Assembly: GCA_016713335.1 (NCBI GenBank)
Contig: JADJPH010000034.1
Location: 9,145-73,144, forward strand
DNA: 64,000 nucleotides
Reading direction: 5' to 3'
DNA from: Candidatus Fredericiella danica
GTDB taxonomy: Bacteria; Chloroflexota; Anaerolineae; Caldilineales; Caldilineaceae
Below the pieces are notes generated by a model. That model saw nothing but the letters and a program-made list of their open reading frames with translations. It was not told the origin of the DNA and ran no database searches. The translations under genes were made by a program, and so were the position numbers. Position 1 is the stretch's first letter. Each line of letters begins with the position of its first letter. Shown here piece by piece: positions 1 to 9,572 of the stretch.

Positions 1-802
1 TCGATCAGGAGGTATTGTTGGAGACGTTTGCAAACCAGGTGGCGCTTGTGATCGAACGCGAACTGCTGGATGAAGCAGCAGAGCAGTCGCTGATGTTGCG
101 AGAGTCAGAGCGCCTTTACAGCGCACTCCTGAACTCAATCTCATGAGTTGCGCACCCCGATCGCCACCATTGCCGGCGCGGCGGAGTTGCTCGAGGAGCA
201 GCCAAACAGCGCCCTGGCCACGCGCGGAGTTGACGCATGACATTTCGAATGCCGCCAACCGGCTGAACCGGTTGGTCGCAAACTGCTGGACATGTCGCGG
301 CTGGATGCGGGACGGGTCAAGTTGAAACTTGATTGGTGCGACGTCGGCGAAGTCATCGGTGTCGCGGCGCAACGCGTGGCCGGCCGCCTGATGCTGCGGC
401 CGTTTGAGGTGGTGGCGCCGCCCGACCTACCGCTGGTGCAGATGGATTTTGTGTTGATGGAACAGGTCTTGGTGAACCTGCTGGACAATGCGTGCAACTA
501 TACGCCGCAATGTGCGCCCATCACTGTCGAAGCCGAAATTACCGGTCGCCAATTGCAGATTGTCGTGAGCGATGGGGGCGCCGGGCATCCCTCACGAAGA
601 TCTGGAGCGTATTTTTGACAAATTTTACCGGCTGCCGGGCGCCGGTACTGGGGGTACCGGGCTCGGTCTCTCGATCTGCCGGGGGCTGGTGGAGGCCCAC
701 GGCGGTACGTTGACTGCAGAAAATGCACCGGCCGGTGGCGCACGCTTCATCATCAAGTTGCCGGCAGGCACACCGCCGCCCGTCAAGGAGGCAGCACAAT
801 GA
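1..802 (+). CDS. kdpD: Sensor histidine kinase KdpD, C-terminal part. The 5' end lies outside the window and the frame is broken about 4 times as assembled.
   Basis: The protein is readable only by hopping frames. Visible motifs: LLNSIS / HELRTPIATIAGAAELL (H-box), AELTHDISNAANRLNRLVAN / LLDMSRLDAGRVKL, N-box LVNLLDNACNYTP, and G1/G2 DGAPGIPHEDLERIFDKFYR...GGTGLGLSICRGLVEAHGG. Frame switches lie near 141, 225 and 285 and at the G5 run 574-578. The stop overlaps the kdpE start (ATGA at 799-802). Confidence 0.85.
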
Positions 803-1485
803 GTGAAGGTCCCGTCGTGCTTGTGGTCGACGATGAAGTGCAAATCCGGCGTTTTCTGCGCATCAGCCTCGAAAGCAATCAATATCGAGTGCATGAGGTT
901 GAGACAGGGCAGGAGGCGCTGGCCAAAGCAGCGCAGTTGCGCCCGGACGTCATCATTCTGGACATGAATCTACCGGATCTAGATGGTGTCGCCGTGGTGC
1001 GGCGCCTGCGTGAGTGGACGTCGACGCCGGTGATTATTTTGTCCGTCCGTGATGCGGACCGCGACAAAGTGGCAGCACTCGACGCCGGTGCAGATGACTA
1101 TCTCACAAAGCCATTTAGTACGGTCGAACTCATGGCGCGGATGCGGGTAGCGCTGCGGCACGCCCAACCGGCCACGGTCGAACCGGTCCTGACCTTTGGC
1201 GCGGTGCAGATTGACCTGACCCGGCGCACTGTGACGCGGGATGGCGAGCCGGTGCGCTTGACGCCCACCGAGTATGCCTTGCTGCGGCTCCTGGTGCAGC
1301 ACCCCGGCCGCGTGCTCACGCACCGGCAGATCCTAAAAGAGGTGTGGGGTCCGGAATACGTCGACGAAACGCACTATCTGCGTGTCTACTTTGCACAGTT
1401 GCGGCAGAAACTCGAGGACAACCCTGCGCTGCCAAAGCTGATTGTCACCGAGCCGGGGGTTGGCTATCGTCTCATGGTCGACTAA
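799..1485 (+). CDS. kdpE: OmpR-family response regulator KdpE
   Basis: Intact 228-aa ORF. The receiver domain shows VLVVDDE...DVIILDMNLPDLDG...TKPF. The winged-helix C-terminus shows LTPTEYALLRLLVQHPGRVLTHRQILKEVWG...YLRVYFAQLRQKLE. It is translationally coupled to kdpD. Confidence 0.9.
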   Translation: MSEGPVVLVVDDEVQIRRFLRISLESNQYRVHEVETGQEALAKAAQLRPDVIILDMNLPDLDGVAVVRRLREWTSTPVIILSVRDADRDKVAALDAGADDYLTKPFSTVELMARMRVALRHAQPATVEPVLTFGAVQIDLTRRTVTRDGEPVRLTPTEYALLRLLVQHPGRVLTHRQILKEVWGPEYVDETHYLRVYFAQLRQKLEDNPALPKLIVTEPGVGYRLMVD

Positions 1486-1843
1486 CGGGCGGCGCGGTGA
1501 GGTCTGTGCGCTCACTCTTCGGCAGATTTCTAACGACCAATGCGTAGGAGTCGTCGATCATCATTTCGACCAGGGCCGGCGGCACGCTGCCATCCAGCGT
1601 CACCGTATTCCAATGTTCCTTGTTGAGGTGGTAGCCAGGTTTGATCGCCGCAAACTCGGCGCGGAGTGCGCGTGCCTTCGCCGGGTTGCACTTCAGCGAA
1701 ATGCTGAGCGGGTTCGAATTCCAGGCAACGAGCGCAAACATCTTCCCTTTGACCTTGTAGACGAGTGCGTCGGGGCCGAAGGGCGTCTCCTCGGTGACGC
1801 GCTGTTTTGTGAAGAGGTAGGCTTGCAGGTCTGCGAGTTCCAT
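1472..1843 (-). CDS. MmcQ/YjbR family DNA-binding protein
   Basis: 123-aa ORF with an AGGAG RBS. The sequence style is family-typical: ETPFGPDALVYKVKGKMFALV...ISLKC...KPGYHLNKEHWNTV. Confidence 0.65.
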   Translation of the reverse strand: MELADLQAYLFTKQRVTEETPFGPDALVYKVKGKMFALVAWNSNPLSISLKCNPAKARALRAEFAAIKPGYHLNKEHWNTVTLDGSVPPALVEMMIDDSYALVVRNLPKSERTDLTAPPVSRP

Positions 1844-1987
1844 CTTTACGCTCCTCTCGGTGCAGGCCGGCGCGCAGTAAGGTCTTCACCCGTGGGGAAA
1901 TGGGCAGGAGTTGCCGTCCAGAAAACCGTCTGTAGGCGCTCGACTGCGTGCGCCGCTCCCTGACTGCGCAACTGCATCAGCCCGGCA

Positions 1988-2843
1988 TCAACGGCGGCCG
2001 GGTTCCAATGGCTCAGCAACTGCCCGTTGGGGTTGGGTCATCGGATGGCGGGTGATGATGCCCAGAATCGCCTCGGCTGGCGTCGCATAATCGCTGACGT
2101 CGATGGCACCTGCATAAGGGGTGTACGAATTTAGCAATCGGCCCCAGGATGGCCGCCGTCCGCATGAGGCCTTCCTGGTCGGGCAGTGCGACCCAGGGTT
2201 CGGCGGTAGCGCGGTCGGGCACGACCACGTGGACTTCGTCCGGTTCGATCCGGCGCAGCACCGCGGCCAGTTCAACAAGCGCGGCTTCGGTGTCGTTGAT
2301 GCCCTGGATCAGCATCACTTCCACCCACAGCCGGCCCTGGTAGCTGCGGCGGAACTGCGCTGCGCCGGAGATGAGCCGTTCGAATGTGGTGTCACCATGG
2401 GGGCGGTGGATGAGCCGGTAGAGCTCGGCGTTTCCGGCTGAAATGGTTGGCATTACCACATCGGCCAACAAGAGATCCTGCCGCACATCCTCGCGATAGA
2501 GGAGGGCGCCGTTGGTAATGACGGCAATGGGGATGGTCGTCATCTCCCTTGCCCCACGGATCATCCGGCCCAGACCGCTATGGAGTGTCGGCTCCCCGGA
2601 GCCTACAAAGGAGATGAAATCGATGTCGCCGGGTGCATGGTGCGCCAGGACCGTCTGCAGTTCCTGGAGAATGTCGTCGCTTGGCACGTATTCGCGCCGC
2701 TCATTGACAAGCGGTTCGCTGCGGCCCAACTGGCAATAGATGCAATTCCAATTACAGGTCTTCAGCGGGATGGGGTCGATGCCAAGCGAACGCCCCAGGC
2801 GGCGCGAAGGGATCGGGCCGTATACATAATGCATTGGTGGCAA
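1988..2843 (-). CDS. Radical SAM protein (one apparent frameshift near 2125)
   Basis: N-terminus [33 protein letters not shown] carries the CxxxCxxC motif. The C-terminal tail continues in ORF 1988..2278 ([28 protein letters not shown]). Confidence 0.8.
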
Positions 2844-2867
2844 AGCTTCCTAAACTATCCGTTCGTG

Positions 2868-3311
2868 TCAGTCGTGTGACCGGATCAGGAGCAGCGGGCG
2901 ATCGGCCCGATGCAGCACGCCGGCGGCGACGCTGCCATAGAAGACGCTGCCCAGCCCGGATCGACCATGACTTGCCATCGCGATCAGGTCTGCCTTTTCA
3001 CGTTCGGCCACATCGAGAATGGCGCCGACGATGGGACCACTTTCGACGACGCACTTGACGTCAATGCCGCCGGCCTTGAGTTCACCTTCTTTGGCGGCGA
3101 GATACCCGCGCGCTTCCGTGATGGTGCGTTCGCCTTCCTTGGGATCGTAGTAGGGCACCATGTCATATGGCGTGATCAGGGAGACGTTAGGCTCCACCAC
3201 TTGCAGCAAGACAATTTTCGCGCCGAAGCACGCGGCCAGCGCTTCTGCGTGTTTCAGAATGGTCTCGGCACGTTTTGAGCCATCCAGTGGCACCAATATT
3301 ACCTGGTACAT
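2868..3311 (-). CDS. Universal stress protein (single USP domain)
   Basis: [12 protein letters not shown]...[39 protein letters not shown] chose the internal ATG at 3309-3311, which is preceded by AAGGAG. Confidence 0.85.
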   Translation of the reverse strand: MYQVILVPLDGSKRAETILKHAEALAACFGAKIVLLQVVEPNVSLITPYDMVPYYDPKEGERTITEARGYLAAKEGELKAGGIDVKCVVESGPIVGAILDVAEREKADLIAMASHGRSGLGSVFYGSVAAGVLHRADRPLLLIRSHD

Positions 3312-3430
3312 AGACACTCCTTGCCTGTGTGGTTGGTCGCATGAAGTGCGGAACATTTACCCGCCATCTGCGCTATCTATAGTGTACATCGATTGCGACG
3401 CATTTGTGCGCACCTTATTGCCGGTCTTTG

Positions 3431-3450
3431 CACTGGTCAGATGACCAGTG
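3431..3450. promoter_or_regulatory. 20-bp palindrome CACTGGTCA-GA-TGACCAGTG, a candidate operator
   Basis: Arms are 9+9 nt and perfect. The site is intergenic, about 120 nt upstream of the USP start (minus strand) and about 40 nt upstream of the plus-strand ATG at 3492. The 7+7 core CTGGTCA-N2-TGACCAG recurs at 11957-11972. Confidence 0.35.
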
Positions 3451-3491
3451 GCCGCGAGGGTGGTTTGACTGGCGGCAACCGGGAAAACACA

Positions 3492-3960
3492 ATGGTCAAT
3501 AGCCTTTCGTGGGGCGTGTTCTTCGTGGAGTGCGCGACTTGTCGCGTGTTCCCCAAAACACCCTGGGCGTGGTCCGCTGTCGTCTTCGCCCTGATTTCCT
3601 GGACGACGCTGAGCAGTTGGTTTGGCGTACCGCGCGAGCCGGCACCTGCGGCGTCGCCCGTCGCAACGACGGCGATGGGGATCGAGTCGACGACGCCTGT
3701 GACCGTGCCTCAGGTCACCGGTGGGGGGCGCCGCGGGCACCTCGATCAGGCCGGCGCCGATATGCTGGCGATCTGGGTTTCGTCCGTTTCATCGATCACG
3801 GCGCTCTTGGGGTCATTGGACGACTGGTGTCTATTTTGGCCTGCGCCGTGAGCGCCGTGAATCGGCGCAGGCGGCGGCGGACCTGCAGAAGACCCAGCTT
3901 GAGGTCGAGTTGCTGAAAAGTGAGTTAGAACAGGCAAAGGCGGTGCAGCGCCACACATGA
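3492..3960 (+). CDS. Hypothetical small membrane/coiled-coil protein. The frame is disrupted and the coding strand of the 5' half is uncertain.
   Basis: The 3' end reads convincingly on the plus strand (RRESAQAAADLQKTQLEVELLKSELEQAKAVQRHT, GC-rich wobble positions) and follows a TM-like stretch (GALGVIGRLVSILACAV). A single protein requires 2 frame hops. No family was recognised. Confidence 0.25.
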
Positions 3961-3965
3961 GGCTT

Positions 3966-4637
3966 CTAGCCGCCGGCGGAGCCGCCCTGAACGTGCTCAA
4001 GGATGTGATGGCGCACTGCGTAGGCTGCTGCTTCTGCGCGCGACGCAAGGTCAAGTTTGGAGAGAATTGAACTCACGTAATTACGGACTGTTTTCTCGCT
4101 GAGGAAGACGCGCTCGGCAATCTCGCGGTTGGTCAGGCCTTCGGTGATTAAGGCCAGTATGTTCAGTTCCTGGTCGGTAAGTGCCGCAAAGAATTCATCT
4201 TCGGCTTTGCGGGCTGATTCGCGGACACGCTGGAAGACTTTTTGCGTCAGGGCGGGATCGAGCATCGATTCGCCGCGGCCAACGGTTTCGAGCGCCCGCA
4301 CGAGATCGTCGCTGCCGATCTGCTTGAGGACATAACCTGAGGCGCCGGCGCCGATCGCTTCAAAGAGCACTTCGTCATCGGCGTGCGAAGTCAGCATGAT
4401 GACTTTTGTTTCGGGGCGTGCTTCCAGGATATCGCGTGTCGCTTCGATGCCGTTTTTGCCGGGCAGCCGGATGTCCATGACGACGATGTCGGGCTGAAAG
4501 CGCAGGGTCATGTCGAGCGCCGCTTGAGCGTCGTGCGCCTCGGCAACTACTTCAAAGTGCGGGTAGCGCGAGATCAAGGTGCGCAAACCGAGCCGGACAA
4601 TTTCGTGGTCGTCGACCAGGATGATCCTAAGATGCAT
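3966..4637 (-). CDS. NarL/LuxR-family response regulator, DevR(DosR)-like
   Basis: [18 protein letters not shown]...[14 protein letters not shown]...[24 protein letters not shown], followed by the Lux[47 protein letters not shown]. The start was moved to the internal ATG at 4635-4637. Confidence 0.9.
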   Translation of the reverse strand: MHLRIILVDDHEIVRLGLRTLISRYPHFEVVAEAHDAQAALDMTLRFQPDIVVMDIRLPGKNGIEATRDILEARPETKVIMLTSHADDEVLFEAIGAGASGYVLKQIGSDDLVRALETVGRGESMLDPALTQKVFQRVRESARKAEDEFFAALTDQELNILALITEGLTNREIAERVFLSEKTVRNYVSSILSKLDLASRAEAAAYAVRHHILEHVQGGSAGG

Positions 4638-4739
4638 GGCAGCAGTATTGATCGCCTCTTTGTAGCCTATTTCGAATGCCGGTCGCAGGACGCGGCCGGG
4701 CATGATTGTAGCACACGCCAACGGAATCACTGAACCTGT

Positions 4740-6128
4740 ATGCGGATGCGGATGACCTCAATCAATACTCGCTCGGTGCGCTGGTTGGGCGTGCTGGTGC
4801 CGATTGTCTTCTGGGCCAGTGTCCTGTTTTTTGAAGCACTGGCCCTGAACGAGCCGATCTCCTGGCCGGCCGCGCTCACCGAGATGCTCTTGATCACGCT
4901 CGGTTCCACCGTCTTTGCCAACTGGGTGGCGACCAGCCTGGAGCGCCAGCAGACTGAGTTGCGTTGGCGCACGGAGCACCTGGAGGCGCTGCGCGATGCC
5001 GGGTTGGCGCTCACCACGGAGCTAGATCTGGGCAAGGTGCTGCAACACGTCGTGGAACTGAGTCGCACGCTAGTGAACGCGCGCTATGGCGCGCTTGCCG
5101 TGCTTGACCCCGACGGTGATGCCCTCTCGCAGTTCTACACGGCCGGCATGACCGCGGCACAGCGGGCGGCGATGGGTTCACCACCGGCTGGTCATGGGCT
5201 GCTGGGCATCATGACCCGAGGTGGTCAGGCGCTGCGCATCGACGACGTGGCGTCTGATGGCCGCGCAGCCGGATTCCCGGACAGCCATCCACAGATGCGG
5301 ACCTTGGTTGGCGTGCCGATTATCTCGAAGGGGCGCACGTTTGGCAATCTCTATCTTGCGGACAAGCGCATTGAGGCCGAGGATGGGCAATTGGTTTCGG
5401 CGACCTTCACGGCCGATGACCAGGAGATCCTCGAAATGTTTGCGTCGCAGGCAGCGATCGCGATCGAGAACGCACAGTTGTACCGCGAAAACCAGCAGCT
5501 TGCGGTCCTGCGCGAGCGGGACCGGATTGGGATGGACCTGCACGATGGCGTCATCCAATCAATCTATGCCATTGGCCTGCTGCTTGATGATGCCCGGTTG
5601 CGGCTGGAGTCCGAACCCGAGCGCGTGCGGCGGGTGATGGATTCTGCGATTAACGGCTTGAATGCCGTTATTCAGGACATTCGCAACTACATCCAGGACT
5701 TACGCCCGCAGCGCTTCGAAGGGCGCAACCTGAAGCAAGGTTTGGAGCATCTCGCCCAGGAGATCCGGACTGACACCCTGTTGCACGTTGCACTTGAATT
5801 GGATGGGCAGGCGGCGACGGTGTGCACGGCACGCCAGGCCGACGAATTTCTGCATATTGCGCAGGAAGCGCTCGCAAACATCCGCAAGTATGCTGACGCA
5901 AAGCATATTGTGATGCGCTTTGTCTTTGCTGAAGGCATGCTGCAGATGGCGATCGTCGACGATGGGATCGGCATCTCGCCTACTGTGGTGCGGCAGGCAA
6001 CGGGCAATGGGCTGCGCAACATGCGGGAGCGCGCCCGGGCCTTGCATGGTGAATTTCGGATTGAGTCAAAACCTGGCAGCGGGACGCAAATCATTGTTAC
6101 GGCGCCCATTGAAAAGCGCAGTGCATAA
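4740..6128 (+). CDS. Membrane-anchored GAF sensor histidine kinase (HisKA_3 type), DevS/DosT-like
   Basis: Two N-terminal hydrophobic helices, then a GAF domain ([10 protein letters not shown]...[32 protein letters not shown]). H-box [22 protein letters not shown]. HATPase domain ([10 protein letters not shown]...DDGIGI...[11 protein letters not shown]). It is divergent from the regulator. Confidence 0.9.
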   Translation: MRMRMTSINTRSVRWLGVLVPIVFWASVLFFEALALNEPISWPAALTEMLLITLGSTVFANWVATSLERQQTELRWRTEHLEALRDAGLALTTELDLGKVLQHVVELSRTLVNARYGALAVLDPDGDALSQFYTAGMTAAQRAAMGSPPAGHGLLGIMTRGGQALRIDDVASDGRAAGFPDSHPQMRTLVGVPIISKGRTFGNLYLADKRIEAEDGQLVSATFTADDQEILEMFASQAAIAIENAQLYRENQQLAVLRERDRIGMDLHDGVIQSIYAIGLLLDDARLRLESEPERVRRVMDSAINGLNAVIQDIRNYIQDLRPQRFEGRNLKQGLEHLAQEIRTDTLLHVALELDGQAATVCTARQADEFLHIAQEALANIRKYADAKHIVMRFVFAEGMLQMAIVDDGIGISPTVVRQATGNGLRNMRERARALHGEFRIESKPGSGTQIIVTAPIEKRSA

Positions 6129-6309
6129 TGAATGGCGCCGCTGGTAAACTTGTGGTTAGGAAAGGAGATTTGCAGCAGAATCAGATCATGATCAGATCAA
6201 CCGCAGGCTAGATTGGCCTTGCTCTCCATTTGCGAGTTTATCACCTCAGTGGAACAGCCGGAATCCTTAGCGACGTGTGACACCTACTTTTTAAAGGAGC
6301 CTTTGCGTC

Positions 6310-6660
6310 ATGTCAATCGATAACTGCCACGACTGTCCCTTCTGTGGCATCCTAACGGGCGAAGAACCCGGCACCATCATCGCCCGCGATGAGCAGCGTG
6401 GTTTCGCCATCATCCAGAGCATCCACCCGGAAAGTGTTGTACATTGGCTGGCCGTCCCCGTCGAGCATGTCTGTAGCACGGAGGAATTCGAAAAGAACAA
6501 CGAGAAGCGCTTTGTTGAGCTTTTTGAGTGGGCGGTCACTACCACAAAAAAGAAGGTCGCCGACGTCCCGTATTTGGAGCGCGGCTTCACACTAAAAACG
6601 CACTTTGGGTCTTTTGAGTCAGTTCCGCACGCAAAGATCCATATTTTGGCAATGGAGTAG
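6310..6660 (+). CDS. HIT-family protein
   Basis: 116-aa ORF with an AAAGGAG RBS. N-terminal CPFC zinc motif and a C-terminal histidine-triad-like VPHAKIHILA. Local GC is visibly lower than in the neighbouring genes. Confidence 0.7.
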   Translation: MSIDNCHDCPFCGILTGEEPGTIIARDEQRGFAIIQSIHPESVVHWLAVPVEHVCSTEEFEKNNEKRFVELFEWAVTTTKKKVADVPYLERGFTLKTHFGSFESVPHAKIHILAME

Positions 6661-6690
6661 CGCCCCTCGGCGTTTGGATTGTGGGCGACG

Positions 6691-6721
6691 TCCCGTGTCG
6701 AAAGGCGCGGGACTTTTTTTT
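6691..6721 (+). terminator. Intrinsic terminator after the HIT gene
   Basis: Stem GTCCCGTG / CGCGGGAC with loop TCGAAAGG, followed by a T7 run. It lies inside the 5' extension of track ORF 6679..9516. Confidence 0.7.
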
Positions 6722-6798
6722 ATTGGCGCCAGGGAGGATGCGCCCTGTTGCGGTATACTGTAGACGCCACTTGTGCGACGCTGGTAGAGAGTAACGGG

Positions 6799-9516
6799 AT
6801 GACTGTGAATGCATCTATAGACCTTGAGATTCGGCCACTGCAATCCGACGCACTTGTGCTGGCGAATGCCGGCGGCAAGGCGGCGCAACTGAGCGTCTTG
6901 CTCCGCGCGGGGCTGCCGGCGCCTGCGGGGTTTGTCGTGCTGACCGATGGCTATCAGCGCTTTGTCCAGGCGAATGACTTGGCCATGCTCATCGAGCGCG
7001 TTTGGCGCAACACCGGGTCTGGCGAAATGACCGTGCTGGAAGCCGGCAGCGCGGCGATCAGAGCCGGATTCCTTGCCGGTGTGATTCCGCCGGATCTTGC
7101 GCAAATCATCCGAGCAAATTACTGGGAATTGGCCGGTGAAACAAGCCCGGTTGCGGTGCGCTCGTCGGCCACTGCGGAGGACCTGCCTGAGGCGAGTTTT
7201 GCCGGGCAGCAGGACACATATCTCAACGTCCGTGGGGGCGACGATGTGCTGCACGCTGTGGTGCGCTGTTGGGCCAGCCTGTGGACGGCGCGTGCGATGG
7301 CGTACCGGCGGCGGCAAGGGATCGCGCCGCATGAGGTTGCACTTGCGGTCGTCGTGCAAAAAATGGTACAAGCGACCGCCGCCGGGGTGCTATTTACGAT
7401 CAATCCGCTGACGGGCGCACGCCACGAGATGGTGATCAACGCGACGTGGGGGTTGGGTGAAGCGTTGGTGTCCGGCCGCGTGACCCCTGACACCCTCATT
7501 GTTGACCGCAACAGCGGTCGCATCAAGCAAATCGAGGTCGGTGATAAGGCGGTCATGACCGCGCCGGTGGGCGCTGGCACCCGCGAAATCGAAGTCGACG
7601 CGCGGATGCGGCGCCAGGCGGTGCTGGAGACGTCTCAGGTCGGTGAACTGGTGGAATTGGGGAAGCGCCTGGAGAAGCTCTTCGGCGCCCCCCAGGATAT
7701 TGAGTGGGCGCTTGCCGGCGGGACGATGGTGATCTTGCAGTCGCGCGCCGTCACGACGGCCGGTGGCGTCGTGCAGGCTCCAGGCGACGATGCCTGGCCA
7801 CCGGTCGATGCAGGCAAGCCCATCCAGCCGTTCGATTTGTGGACCACGAACGATGTGGGTGAACGGTGGCCCGAGCCCGTGACGCCCCTGACCTGGTCCG
7901 TCTGGGAACCGCTGATTCATGAGAACATGGAGGGGGCGCTGCGCGAACTCAAGGCGCCCTACGCCGGCCAGATTCGCTGGTCACAGCGTGCCTTTGGGCA
8001 CGTCTACCTCAATGAGGGCGCGCTCTTTCATGCGTACACAGATGGCCTGGGCATGCCGAAGACGATGATTGCCGCCAGCTTATCGGGCGTGATTCCGGTG
8101 CAGGCGCACGAATCGAAGTTCGACTATGGCAAAGCATTGCGGCACGCGCCTTTCTTCTGGCGGGCAGCGGTGGAATGGGAACGCAACGTAGCGCGCTTCG
8201 AGCGTGATTTTCCACAGATCGATCGATGGGTCGATGCCTTCATGAGCGAAGATCTGGGGCGCCACAGTGACGCTGAACTCTGGCGTCAATTCCAGACCAC
8301 GTGGCGTGAGCGGATGTCGCGCTACATGGCCTATCACGCCAATGCGACATCGCTTTCCATGTCTGGTTACACCCAGATGGAAAACCTGATGGCAAAGTGG
8401 ATGGGGGATCGCGAGCTTGTCCAGAAGTTGACCGCCGGTCTATCCGGCGTCATTGCCGCAGAGATCGTGCCTGCCATGTGGGCAATGGCGAAATCCCTGC
8501 ATGCGCTAGGATTGGCCAAGGTAGTGCAAGCGCATCCGCCGGCGGAGGCATTGGCGGAACTTCGTTCAAGCGCCAGTGCCGGACCATTCCTGGTTCTATT
8601 CGACGCATTTCTACTCAGGCACGGTCATCGCTGCATGAGCGAGGCTGAGTATCTCTATCCGCGCTGGGTCGAGGCGCCCGAAGTCGTCATCGAGATGCTT
8701 GCCGGCTACCTGGCAGCAGGGGACGCGCACCATGCGCCGAATGATGAGGGCGCGGTGCGCGCACGCGTGGAAACGGTGGCGGCGGTTGAGGCCAAACTGA
8801 ACCCGTTGCAGCGGGCGTATTTCCGGCGCATGTTGGCCCGGCTCCAACGCTTCATCCGCGCCCGTGACAATGGGCAGCACTTTCTGGTGAAGCTCGGCTT
8901 ACCGATGCGTCACATCCTGGCGGTGCTTGCGGTGCGTTGGGCTCAGCGGCGTTGGTTACAGCAGCCTGAGCAGTTCTTCTTTCTGGCTGCATCGGAAATT
9001 GAGGCTGTGATCGCTGCCAACGGACCGGCCACCGCGGCGATGGACTTAGCCGCAACGGCGAATGCTCGCAGGCAGGCGTACGACTACTGGTTTACCCAGC
9101 CGATGCCCGATCTGTTGGGGCCGGATGGCGCCCCGATCGAACTGCGCGCCCAGTCGGAGCGGGATGCGGACAACGAGGTGCTGATTGGGTTGGCGGCAAG
9201 CCGCGGTTTGGTGACCGGCATCGCACGCGTGGTGATGTCACCGCGCGAAGCGGTGGAAATGCGTCCAGGTGAAATCCTCGTGACGCGTGCCACCGATCCC
9301 GGTTGGACGCCCATCTTTTCTGTCATTGGTGGCGCCGTGATCGAGATCGGCGGCATGCTCTCGCACGGCGCTATTGTCGCGCGGGAGTATGGGTTGCCGG
9401 CGGTGATCAATATTCCCCAGGCGACCCAACGAATTCGCGATGGGCAGACGATTACGGTCGACGGTACGCGCGGCCGGGTGCTCCTCCGTGCCGAATCGAC
9501 AGACGCCGGCAGTTGA
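6799..9516 (+). CDS. PEP-utilising enzyme, PpsA/rifampin-phosphotransferase-like architecture
   Basis: N-terminal PPDK_N/ATP-grasp type region (GGKAAQLSVLLRAGLPAPAGFVV...VAVRSSATAEDLPEASFAGQQDTYLNV). The swivel phosphohistidine domain sits at the extreme C-terminus (TDPGWTPIFSVIGGAVIEIGGMLSHGAIVAREYGLPAV). No PEP-binding TIM barrel follows it. The start was set at ATG 6799, downstream of the terminator. Confidence 0.8.
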   Translation: MTVNASIDLEIRPLQSDALVLANAGGKAAQLSVLLRAGLPAPAGFVVLTDGYQRFVQANDLAMLIERVWRNTGSGEMTVLEAGSAAIRAGFLAGVIPPDLAQIIRANYWELAGETSPVAVRSSATAEDLPEASFAGQQDTYLNVRGGDDVLHAVVRCWASLWTARAMAYRRRQGIAPHEVALAVVVQKMVQATAAGVLFTINPLTGARHEMVINATWGLGEALVSGRVTPDTLIVDRNSGRIKQIEVGDKAVMTAPVGAGTREIEVDARMRRQAVLETSQVGELVELGKRLEKLFGAPQDIEWALAGGTMVILQSRAVTTAGGVVQAPGDDAWPPVDAGKPIQPFDLWTTNDVGERWPEPVTPLTWSVWEPLIHENMEGALRELKAPYAGQIRWSQRAFGHVYLNEGALFHAYTDGLGMPKTMIAASLSGVIPVQAHESKFDYGKALRHAPFFWRAAVEWERNVARFERDFPQIDRWVDAFMSEDLGRHSDAELWRQFQTTWRERMSRYMAYHANATSLSMSGYTQMENLMAKWMGDRELVQKLTAGLSGVIAAEIVPAMWAMAKSLHALGLAKVVQAHPPAEALAELRSSASAGPFLVLFDAFLLRHGHRCMSEAEYLYPRWVEAPEVVIEMLAGYLAAGDAHHAPNDEGAVRARVETVAAVEAKLNPLQRAYFRRMLARLQRFIRARDNGQHFLVKLGLPMRHILAVLAVRWAQRRWLQQPEQFFFLAASEIEAVIAANGPATAAMDLAATANARRQAYDYWFTQPMPDLLGPDGAPIELRAQSERDADNEVLIGLAASRGLVTGIARVVMSPREAVEMRPGEILVTRATDPGWTPIFSVIGGAVIEIGGMLSHGAIVAREYGLPAVINIPQATQRIRDGQTITVDGTRGRVLLRAESTDAGS

Positions 9517-9572
9517 TGGTGTACAATAAGCCCATCGCTACAAACCCAACCCAATAGGATCGACATTTTGTC

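Noticed and set aside
1706-1722. tRNA T-loop-like GGTTCGAAT strings here, and also at about 2241 and about 39528.
   Set aside because: All are embedded in well-supported CDSs. None has a flanking acceptor, D-arm or anticodon-arm structure.
6679-6798. The N-terminal 40-aa extension of the PEP-utilising enzyme as given in the ORF track.
   Set aside because: The extension contains the HIT gene's stem-loop and T7 terminator. Conserved protein sequence starts only after ATG 6799.
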